Shown: one piece after another, positions 56,510 to 64,000 of the stretch
Numbering within the stretch: the first letter of the stretch is position 1
Layout of the letters: each line of letters starts with the position of its first letter
Assembly (NCBI GenBank): GCA_903906365.1
Contig: CAIVKC010000059.1
Span: 5,430-69,429, forward strand
DNA length: 64,000 nt
DNA from: an uncultured Bacteroidota bacterium
GTDB taxonomy: Bacteria; Bacteroidota; Bacteroidia; Chitinophagales; Chitinophagaceae
Direction of reading: 5' to 3'
Notes under the pieces: generated by a model
Told to the model about the DNA's origin: nothing
Seen by the model: only the letters and a program-made list of their open reading frames with translations
Databases searched by the model: none
Program-made: the position numbers and the translations under genes

Positions 56510-59471
56510 CCGCAAGGGGGTTTGGCTAAAAGTCCTTCTGATCGCCATGGGTTGCCATCTGGCCCCGGGGGCCATTGCCCAGGACAGCTCCAATGACCAT
56601 ATGTTTCGCCCGGCGGCCTCTGCAAGGCCCTATATTGATTTTGACAGCAGGGGCTTTATCATTCATGGCAAACGGACCTTCCTGGTTTCGGCGGGCATCG
56701 AGTATGCCAGGGTCCCCCGTGAACTCTGGAAAGACCGGCTGACCCGGCTAAGGCAGGCCGGTTTTAATTGTGTGGAGATATATACTTTCTGGAATTTTCA
56801 TGAACCCCGGGAAGGCCGTTTTGATTTCAGCGGGGACCATGACCTGGAAGCTTTCCTGAAGCTGGCCCAGCAAACGGGTCTGTACGTCATTGCCCGCGTG
56901 GGTCCTTATTATTGTGCCGAATGGGATAACGGCGGTTACCCGCTGTGGCTGAAGTTCAAACCAGGCCTTCAGGTCAGGGTGCATAACCCGGTTTTTGAAA
57001 AATACGTAGGCCGCTTTTTTGATAAGATACTGCCCATCATTTTCCGCAACCAGATAAATCATGGCGGACCGGTTATCATGGTCCAGCTGGAGAACGAACA
57101 TACGGCGGGCTGGGGTACGGTCATACCCAATGGCTATTTCGGTTTTCTGAAAAACAAGGCCCTGTCCCTGGGTTTGGAAGTGCCCTGGTTTTTCAGCGGA
57201 CTGCATCATGGTTCAGACCCCGCCGCCAATGGTACTTGTGACGACCCGCTGCGGCCCAACCCCTGGTTTTCCTCGGAGTTCTGGGCTGTATGGTTTTCTG
57301 GCTATGGTTCCACCCTCCAGGACGCCCTGGAATATGAGCACAGGACCTGGAAGATACTGGAGAAGGGGGGAAACGGCTATAATTATTACATGGCCTACGG
57401 GGGCAGTAATTTTGGGTATACCAACAACGACGAGGACGCCGCTTCCTATGACTACGGTGCGGCTGTCGGGCAGGGAGGAGACCTGCGACCCCTGTATTTT
57501 TCCATCAGGCGCGCGGCCTGGTTTGCAAGGGCCTTTGCCCCTATCCTGGAAAACAGCACCGATGCCTCCGAACGGTACAAAACACTGATAGCGGATACGG
57601 CTGTTCATATATATGCCAGACAAAGCCCCAAAGGAGATATCGTTTTTGCGGATAACAGCTCCCCTTCGGTGGTTTACACCCGGCTTGACCTGGGAGAGGG
57701 CCGGCTTTTTCCCCAAAGCGGTCAGCTGGCTCTGCCCCCCCAATCCGTCTTACCGCTGCTGCACGGCTATCCCATCAGAGAAGACCTGACCTTAGCGTGG
57801 GGATTATCAAAAATACTGGGTATGGTCAGGGGTAGCGGGCAAACCAGCCTGGTCACCTACGGGGCGGCGCACAGCCCAGCCGGCCTGTTTTTTTCCACCA
57901 GGGGAAAAGTAACCCTGCTTAAAGGGCGGGGAGCATTTGTCAGGGAAAAAGGGGGCCTCAGGCTGTTGTTTTCCTTCAGCGCTGATGATCATCCCCAGGA
58001 ATATGCCTTCCGTGTCCATGGACATACCATGCGCATACTGGCAGTCAATGAACAGATGGCAGACCGAACCTGGTTTGTGGACAGGGGCCATCAGAAAAAT
58101 ATCGTATTTGGCCCTGCTTATGCCGAAGGCTTCCGGGGAATGGGCCGCAACCAATACCTGATCACAGAGCATCCCTGGGGCCAGCCCGATACGGCCGCCT
58201 GCCTGGTATTTAACCAATCAGGCTGGCAGACCTGGAAACCCCGGTCCAGGGTAGGCCCCCGGGCCGATACCCTGTTGGATTGTACCCATTGGCAATACAG
58301 CACGGCCTGCTCGGAAGCCGCCCCCGGCTATGACGACCGCCATTGGAAAGCCAGCACAAATCCCCTGCAAATGGGCGCTGACGGGGACCTTACCGCAGCG
58401 GCCTGGTACAGGACCCGCATAAGAATTGATACGCCGGGAATCTACGGGCTCCAGCTGCAGGGAGGGGACAGGGCTTACTGTTTTGTGGATGGAAGGCTAC
58501 TTCTCCGCGGGGCGTTTAAAGACACCGAATACCTGGTGGAGCTGAGCGCCGGCGACCATACACTCGCCATTTTCACGGCCCATGACGGACGGGATAAACT
58601 GGCCGGATTTACCGGACTGATCCGGGATGCGGATGCCAAAGGTCTATCGGGGGAAGTCCGGCTGGTAAAGGGAGGGCATACCATGACCACCCTCAATGAC
58701 TGGCGTTTCCTGAGAGCAGCCTCCGCGGCCTCCCTGCAACAGGGGCCGCCCCCCGACAGCCTGGCTGGCTGGATACCCTACCGTATTGGAAAAGATGCTT
58801 TTAACCTCCAGGAAGGCTTTGGCTGGTTCCGGACCCTGCTGAGGGAACTGCCCCCCGGGACCCGTCAGGTAAGGCTCGACTTCAAAAGCGTGGACGAGGA
58901 TGCCACCGTATTTGTCAACGGGGTTTACAGGGGCCGGCACCAGGGATGGAACAGCCCCTTTAGCGTGACCATTGACCGGGCTGATACCCTGAAAATGCCC
59001 CTTCACATCAGCGTATTTGTGGAAAATCATTCCAATGAAGGCGGGATCGACCAGCCTGTGAAGGCCCATGCCCTCCTGGCTTCGGTGCCCATGGGTCCCT
59101 GGCATATGCGGGGTGGCGGGGGCACCCCTGTCTGGAAGCCGGGCCGCCCGGAAGGTGACTACGCAGGACCCTGTTATTACCGGGCTGAATTTTCCGTGCC
59201 GGGGTCCCCCGGTGGGGGCATGGTATACCGGGTCCGCACCCGGAGTTTGGGGCATGGATCGGTATGGGTGAACGGACATAACCTGGGAAGGTACCCTGAA
59301 AAGATTCCGGTAGACGGCCTCTATATCCCGCCCTGCTGGATGAAGCGGGGTTTAAACAAGCTGCTTATTTTTGAGGAGGATGGCAGCTACCCCGACGGGG
59401 TAGTGATTGCAGCTGAGCTGCCGGCCTGCAGGGAGCCATCGGTGGTTATCCCCATCCCGGGTGGCCGGTAG
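56478..59471 (+). CDS. GH35 beta-galactosidase with extended C-terminal beta-sandwich domains
   Basis: GFNCVEIYTFWNFHEP, VGPYYCAEWDNGGYPLWL, QLENEH (acid/base) and SSEFW (nucleophile). The ATG at 56478 overlaps the GH89 3' end by 32 nt. Confidence 0.88.
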   Translation: MPHRFSHQAGNRKGVWLKVLLIAMGCHLAPGAIAQDSSNDHMFRPAASARPYIDFDSRGFIIHGKRTFLVSAGIEYARVPRELWKDRLTRLRQAGFNCVEIYTFWNFHEPREGRFDFSGDHDLEAFLKLAQQTGLYVIARVGPYYCAEWDNGGYPLWLKFKPGLQVRVHNPVFEKYVGRFFDKILPIIFRNQINHGGPVIMVQLENEHTAGWGTVIPNGYFGFLKNKALSLGLEVPWFFSGLHHGSDPAANGTCDDPLRPNPWFSSEFWAVWFSGYGSTLQDALEYEHRTWKILEKGGNGYNYYMAYGGSNFGYTNNDEDAASYDYGAAVGQGGDLRPLYFSIRRAAWFARAFAPILENSTDASERYKTLIADTAVHIYARQSPKGDIVFADNSSPSVVYTRLDLGEGRLFPQSGQLALPPQSVLPLLHGYPIREDLTLAWGLSKILGMVRGSGQTSLVTYGAAHSPAGLFFSTRGKVTLLKGRGAFVREKGGLRLLFSFSADDHPQEYAFRVHGHTMRILAVNEQMADRTWFVDRGHQKNIVFGPAYAEGFRGMGRNQYLITEHPWGQPDTAACLVFNQSGWQTWKPRSRVGPRADTLLDCTHWQYSTACSEAAPGYDDRHWKASTNPLQMGADGDLTAAAWYRTRIRIDTPGIYGLQLQGGDRAYCFVDGRLLLRGAFKDTEYLVELSAGDHTLAIFTAHDGRDKLAGFTGLIRDADAKGLSGEVRLVKGGHTMTTLNDWRFLRAASAASLQQGPPPDSLAGWIPYRIGKDAFNLQEGFGWFRTLLRELPPGTRQVRLDFKSVDEDATVFVNGVYRGRHQGWNSPFSVTIDRADTLKMPLHISVFVENHSNEGGIDQPVKAHALLASVPMGPWHMRGGGGTPVWKPGRPEGDYAGPCYYRAEFSVPGSPGGGMVYRVRTRSLGHGSVWVNGHNLGRYPEKIPVDGLYIPPCWMKRGLNKLLIFEEDGSYPDGVVIAAELPACREPSVVIPIPGGR

Positions 59472-59547
59472 TATTACAACCCCTGCAAGTTTCCCGAAAT
59501 CCACCAATGTAAAAAGGGATTCTAAAGGAAAGCCGGATTACAGGTCT

Positions 59548-62500
59548 TTAGCGCTTCACCAGTTTTTTGCGGAACAGGCCGCCGGAGGTTCTGATTTCCA
59601 CTACATAAACCGCCCTGGGCAGATTGTTCAGCGGGAGGGTTAATTCCTGCAGTCCGCCCGTATTTTGAATAACCTGCAACCTCCTTCCCGTCAGGTCATA
59701 GATCTGAATAGTTTCCACCGGATCGGCCCCCTGCAGGACATGCACGACAGCCGAGGCCGGATTGGGAAACAACAGGGGGGCCTTGGAGTCCGTATTATGG
59801 ACGACGACCAGGGGTGAATAGGTATAGTTCCCCAATATATCTACCATACGTAACCGGTAATAGCTGACCGGAACGGAGGGGTTGCTGTCATAGGCCGCGT
59901 AATTTACCATATAGCGGCCGTTTCCCGAGGCCGCAACCGTGTCCATGGGGGAGAACACCAGGTCGTCCGGGCTTTTTTCAACAATGAAATAGGCTGTATT
60001 CTGCTCCCTGCTGGTAGTCCAGCTAAGCTTAACCAGCTGGGGGCCCATGAGCTCACCGCTGAAGTGCAGCAGCTCAAAATCCGTAAATCCTAGACTGCGG
60101 AAGTTCCCGGCCTGACCGACCGAAATCTGCGTATTGTCATGGCTGCTGAGCGCCAGACCGGCATATACCGGTGATGATGCACCGAAGCCAAGATCCGTTG
60201 GGTTGCCGATCGGCGTCCAGTGCAGGGTATCCTGCCCTGCGAATCCACTGTAAAGGGTGCCGTTTTTCACCAATTTCAGCCAATAGGGCGCTGCCAGACC
60301 TGTCTGATTGGAGTTATAGCTGATGCCGCCTGTGGACTGCCTGTATTGGAAAGCGGCGCCATTGCCGCTGGTAAGGGCGATCATGGCATGGCGCGAGGCC
60401 GGGTCCAGGCTTTCCCTGAACATGAGGCCGAATTTATTCCAAGGATTGGCCCCATCCAGCGCCCTGACCTCCATGAGCAGATAGCCGTCACCCTGGAGGG
60501 CGGCATAGGCAAAATGGAACTGGTCTGCCAGGTCCCAGATATCACTGCCTGAGGCACGCAGGGAATAGACCCCTCCGTCGTAGCAGGCCGCGCCCTCCAG
60601 GGCCGTCTGCCCGATGTCCTGGGAGGACCAGCCGGAGGGCAGCAGGCCGCAGTGGCTGTTGCAGGAGAGGGTGGAAAAGGCAGCGCTGGCAGTAGCCAGG
60701 CTAACAGAACCATCTGCGCAGACGGCCTGAACGCTATAGTAATAATCCGTCCCGCAGATCAATCCGGTAAGGGTGAGCTGCTTACCAAGGCAGCCCCTGG
60801 TCTGCCAGCCGGTATCACTGGCTGTCTTATAGCGCACCAGGAAACTGTCAGCACCGGCAGCATCCCATTGCAGGGTAGCCTCATTTTCGTAGATGTTTTT
60901 TGCTGCAAGACCGGAGGGTGCGGGACATTGCCGGGAGCTCAGGCTACCATACACTTCCATCTCCAACAGGGCATATCCGGCGCTGGCAGCCCGCTGTTCA
61001 CCAACCATCCTTACGTAACGACCTGTTCCCTGCAGGGGAATCTGGTTGCTCATGGAGGTATTGCCAGTTATATGGGCCAGTGTGACCCAGGAGAGGGTGT
61101 CGTCTGCCACCTGGATCAGGAAGTCCTTTGCATAGGCACTGTCCCAGAGCAGGTGTACTCCGCAGAGGTCATAGCGGCTTCCCAGGTCTGCATAGATATA
61201 TTGGGGATCAGCCGGGGCGCTCAACCAGCCCGTGCTGACAAGGCCATCAAAGGCACCGGAAGGCGGATGCAGGTTATTTAAGACCGAAGAAGCGTAGGCC
61301 GGTCTGCCCAAAGCGACATTGACGGCATGGCAGGTATCAGGCACCGAGTGAATCAGGCCGTACACTACCAGCTGGTTGGAAAAAGTGCCCAGGTATACTT
61401 TGCCGTTGGCTATCACCGGGCTGCTGAATTTGGCGAAATTCCCGGGGTTGTCCGTTGACAGGGTGGAGGAATTCCACAATTCCCGGGTTACATCCGTAGC
61501 ATCAAAGGCCCGGAGGATGCCCGGGCAGTTATTGTTTTCCCCGTCGCAGTTGACAGGATGGCTGGCCCATAGAATGGCTGTGGAATCCAGGTTCCCCAAA
61601 GAGGATACGGACATCATGGAACCTGTCTGGCCCACGGGGCCCTGCACCCCGCTGGTGATGATGTGCTGGGGGTCAAACAAACCGGTGGAACGATCAAAGG
61701 GAATGGCTTTGAGCGCCGTATTTTCGGGCCAGAAAAAGGCATATTGGTGGCCGGTACCTCCGTAGTAGGTAAACTGGGCATGCATATTGGCATTGACGCC
61801 CAGGTTGATGGCCTGCAGGTTCTGGTTGCCGCCGCTGTGATAGCCCCCCAGGTTGTTTTGATCCACCAGGTATATATTGCCATCCTTGCAGGCGGTCAGG
61901 GCGCGCGCGGAGCCGGGCAGTATCATCACGCCGCTTGTGCCCAGATCCAGGTCAGATGCCTCCAGGTCCGGGAAATTATTGGGTGTAAAAAAATCCTTTA
62001 CCGGCTGCAGGCTGTCAGCCGGGTTCAGTCGCAGCAGCGACTCGGAGCGGTTTCTGGGATTAGCGGGGTCACTGCCCACACCCACCGAACCATTGCCTGT
62101 TGAAAAGTATATATTTCCCGCACTGTCGGCTGCTATGCCCGTTCCGCTCATCCAGATGCCACCATTATAACCGTCGGGTGTGTCATTGTAAACAAATTGC
62201 TGCCTGAGGGTCCTGGCATCATATCCGAGCACCCAGCCGTGGTAGGGCCCCCAGTCACAGTGTGAGGAGAATCCGAGGTATACGGTGCCATTTAAGAGCA
62301 GCAGGCCGGTACGCTGGTTGTTTTTTTGGGGATCCAGCGAGACCAGGCCGTTCAGGTTTCCATCCCCGCTTCCACTGACAGAGGCCTGCACCAGGACCGG
62401 ACTCCCCGGACGCTCCTTACCGGTATGGATGTCCAGGGCGTGTAAATATTCACTGAAAACGGTGGTGGCCGGCTGTATGCTTCGGGCAACCAGCAGGAGG

Positions 62501-62973
62501 GTTCCCGACAGGGTGTCTATGACAGGGGTGCCGACAATACCGATATTGCTTTGGAAATTACCCGGGCACGCACCCGTCAGGTCCTGCTGGGTGACCGGCC
62601 TTTGTCCGGGCGGGGTGAGGTTTACCTGCCAGTAGGGAAGAGCCACCTTTGGGGAATCGGCATCATAGGCATATACGGAGTTATTTACCGTGGCCAGGTA
62701 AACAATATTTTTCTTGCCGGAAATGCCCAGATCAACTCCCTGGACGATCAATGGCTGCGCGTAGAGTTGGTCATCCACCGGGCGGGAAAATATCCTGCCG
62801 AAGGAACCCAGGCCGATATTGCTTTTTGTAAGTTGGTTTTCCCGGTTATACCAGCCCGTTCTGCCCTGGTCGTAATGCTGGGTTACCACATTCACCTGGG
62901 CGTAAACCGTCAGGGAGCAAAAGAGCAATAAATGGGGGAGGACGCCCCTACAAAGGGATGGCAGCTTGGTCAT
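59548..62973 (-). CDS. Multidomain T9SS cargo protein: PQQ-like beta-propeller, F5/8 type C (discoidin), FN3, concanavalin/DUF1349-like domain and T9SS CTD
   Basis: Signal peptide. The discoidin-like block NVALGRPAYASS...GRYVRM and an FN3-like block (LQWDAAGADSFLVRYK). LPSGWSSQDIG...FGLMFRESL is DUF1349-like. The C-terminus LFPNPAS...VYVVEIRTSGGLFRKKLVKR is a T9SS type-A CTD. Confidence 0.85.
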   Translation of the reverse strand: MTKLPSLCRGVLPHLLLFCSLTVYAQVNVVTQHYDQGRTGWYNRENQLTKSNIGLGSFGRIFSRPVDDQLYAQPLIVQGVDLGISGKKNIVYLATVNNSVYAYDADSPKVALPYWQVNLTPPGQRPVTQQDLTGACPGNFQSNIGIVGTPVIDTLSGTLLLVARSIQPATTVFSEYLHALDIHTGKERPGSPVLVQASVSGSGDGNLNGLVSLDPQKNNQRTGLLLLNGTVYLGFSSHCDWGPYHGWVLGYDARTLRQQFVYNDTPDGYNGGIWMSGTGIAADSAGNIYFSTGNGSVGVGSDPANPRNRSESLLRLNPADSLQPVKDFFTPNNFPDLEASDLDLGTSGVMILPGSARALTACKDGNIYLVDQNNLGGYHSGGNQNLQAINLGVNANMHAQFTYYGGTGHQYAFFWPENTALKAIPFDRSTGLFDPQHIITSGVQGPVGQTGSMMSVSSLGNLDSTAILWASHPVNCDGENNNCPGILRAFDATDVTRELWNSSTLSTDNPGNFAKFSSPVIANGKVYLGTFSNQLVVYGLIHSVPDTCHAVNVALGRPAYASSVLNNLHPPSGAFDGLVSTGWLSAPADPQYIYADLGSRYDLCGVHLLWDSAYAKDFLIQVADDTLSWVTLAHITGNTSMSNQIPLQGTGRYVRMVGEQRAASAGYALLEMEVYGSLSSRQCPAPSGLAAKNIYENEATLQWDAAGADSFLVRYKTASDTGWQTRGCLGKQLTLTGLICGTDYYYSVQAVCADGSVSLATASAAFSTLSCNSHCGLLPSGWSSQDIGQTALEGAACYDGGVYSLRASGSDIWDLADQFHFAYAALQGDGYLLMEVRALDGANPWNKFGLMFRESLDPASRHAMIALTSGNGAAFQYRQSTGGISYNSNQTGLAAPYWLKLVKNGTLYSGFAGQDTLHWTPIGNPTDLGFGASSPVYAGLALSSHDNTQISVGQAGNFRSLGFTDFELLHFSGELMGPQLVKLSWTTSREQNTAYFIVEKSPDDLVFSPMDTVAASGNGRYMVNYAAYDSNPSVPVSYYRLRMVDILGNYTYSPLVVVHNTDSKAPLLFPNPASAVVHVLQGADPVETIQIYDLTGRRLQVIQNTGGLQELTLPLNNLPRAVYVVEIRTSGGLFRKKLVKR

Positions 62974-63057
62974 GCAATAATTGGTTACTCATTATTTCTA
63001 CGGGTGTTAAAAGTAATGATTAGCCCATGATTCCGCAAATTCGCGGCTCCCTTCCAT

Positions 63058-64000
63058 TTAGCGTTGCTGCGCGAGCTCGATCTTTTTTTTACCTTCTTCA
63101 AAATAGAGAAATATCCTTTCCTTCGCCCCGGGTATAAAATCCACTTCGAAAAAGCCCCGGCTGTTCCATTGGGCGTAGTCGTATTGGGGATCCATCCTGC
63201 GCCTGGCCATCTCGCTGGGCGTCACGGTCAGGGTTTTGCTCCCGGCCCCGCTGATGATATAATGTATGCTGTCTGAGGAATAGTTATACTGAAGGCCGTG
63301 CACATGGCCGCAAACATAATAGAGGCCGGGATATTTGTGAAATATGTTTCGCAGGTGAAGGGCCATTTTTTTATAGGACGGGAAATTGATGCTGGAGGCC
63401 TTGATACGGCTGAATAAATAGGGCGAACGGAAAGAAGCGCTGTCCAGCCCCTTGTTGTACACGGGGTGATGGCCCGCTACGATGACCTGCTGGTGGAGTC
63501 GGTAGCCTTCCCCGATCTGCTGATCGAGGCTTTCATAGAATCTGGCTTCCCTTTGCGGGAAATCGGCGGGATCCCGGGTAAAGTCTCCCATGATGAGCCG
63601 GTAGGTATCAATAAAAATGATGCGCAGTTTATCGTGGTTAAGGACCACATAGTCAGGCCCCGCAGATCCGTCCCTGGGCTGAAAGGTATTGGAGGGGTTG
63701 GCCAGGGTCTTGTTGGCTTTGAGGTTTTCCTCGATGAAATGCTGTTCCATTTTTAGCTTGGATTTACCCTCCTGGTAGCTTTCGAGATTCCACCAGTCAT
63801 GGTTGCCGGGGATAAAATAGGCAGACCCCCGGTAGCCGGCCAGGGTGTTGAGCTGGGAAAGGATATTACTCTGGGTAAGACTGCCGCTGTCGAATCCCCT
63901 GTATCCATAGGGGAGGAGTCCTCCGAGTGCGTTTTTATAGGAGTTGTCCCCCAGGAAAAGGACCACGCTGTTGGGGCTGAGGCTGAGCTCCCGCTGCAGA
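63058..64000 (-). CDS. Calcineurin-like metallophosphoesterase (5' end outside the window)
   Basis: Motifs LFLGDNSY, GNHDW, VAGHHP and CGHVHG. The reading frame stays open upstream of the listed start, up to the window edge. Confidence 0.85.
   Translation of the reverse strand, partial: LQRELSLSPNSVVLFLGDNSYKNALGGLLPYGYRGFDSGSLTQSNILSQLNTLAGYRGSAYFIPGNHDWWNLESYQEGKSKLKMEQHFIEENLKANKTLANPSNTFQPRDGSAGPDYVVLNHDKLRIIFIDTYRLIMGDFTRDPADFPQREARFYESLDQQIGEGYRLHQQVIVAGHHPVYNKGLDSASFRSPYLFSRIKASSINFPSYKKMALHLRNIFHKYPGLYYVCGHVHGLQYNYSSDSIHYIISGAGSKTLTVTPSEMARRRMDPQYDYAQWNSRGFFEVDFIPGAKERIFLYFEEGKKKIELAQQR

Noticed and set aside
1-64000. Looked for CRISPR arrays, tRNA/rRNA/tmRNA genes, IS elements, integrases, phage genes, toxin-antitoxin pairs and known defence-system hallmarks
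   Set aside because: I saw no spaced direct-repeat arrays, cloverleaf-like intergenic sequences, or transposase, recombinase, RT, helicase-nuclease or methyltransferase genes. The only tandem DNA repeat is the coding repeat at 10409-10636. Visual inspection cannot exclude small ncRNAs.

Overview
This 64-kb chromosomal window looks like a Bacteroidota genome, probably Chitinophagaceae/Sphingobacteriia-like. That placement is inferred from T9SS C-terminal sorting domains, a SusC/SusD pair, an ECF-sigma/FecR pair, a TAnnTTTG-type promoter box and fairly G+C-rich coding sequence. All family calls come from motifs I recognise in the supplied translations, not from searches. In order, the window holds: the 3' end of an ABC exporter; a PUR-like (DUF3276) protein; a large BNR/Asp-box T9SS cargo protein; a TolC-MFP-RND efflux operon; a small repeat protein; two tandem beta-lactamase-fold serine-hydrolase paralogs; clpB; a DsbA-like protein; a YdeI/DUF1905 protein; two orphan membrane proteins; a YVTN beta-propeller; an M1 peptidase; a NYN+LOTUS protein; an HGSNAT-like (DUF5009) membrane protein; EamA and Lrp; DinB; an aldo/keto reductase; an A+T-rich islet with three small membrane ORFs; a phenylacetyl-CoA epoxidase module (paaE-A-B-C-D-Z); a hexuronate cluster (uxaB-like, uxaC, kdgK, eda, exuT-like, uxuA) with a LacI regulator and a myo-inositol oxygenase; a CRTAC1/ASPIC-UnbV lipoprotein; a sigma/anti-sigma-controlled SusC/SusD locus with GH89 and GH35 enzymes; a multidomain T9SS cargo protein; and a partial metallophosphoesterase. 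I saw no rRNA, tRNA, CRISPR, transposase, integrase or phage genes. I did not find a convincing self-contained novel multi-gene system such as a defence island. The best leads are: the MIOX-linked uronate pathway; the GH89/GH35 PUL together with an HGSNAT-like gene; a serine-hydrolase paralog that has lost its SxxK nucleophile motif; and two low-G+C patches of orphan membrane proteins with perfect palindromes nearby.
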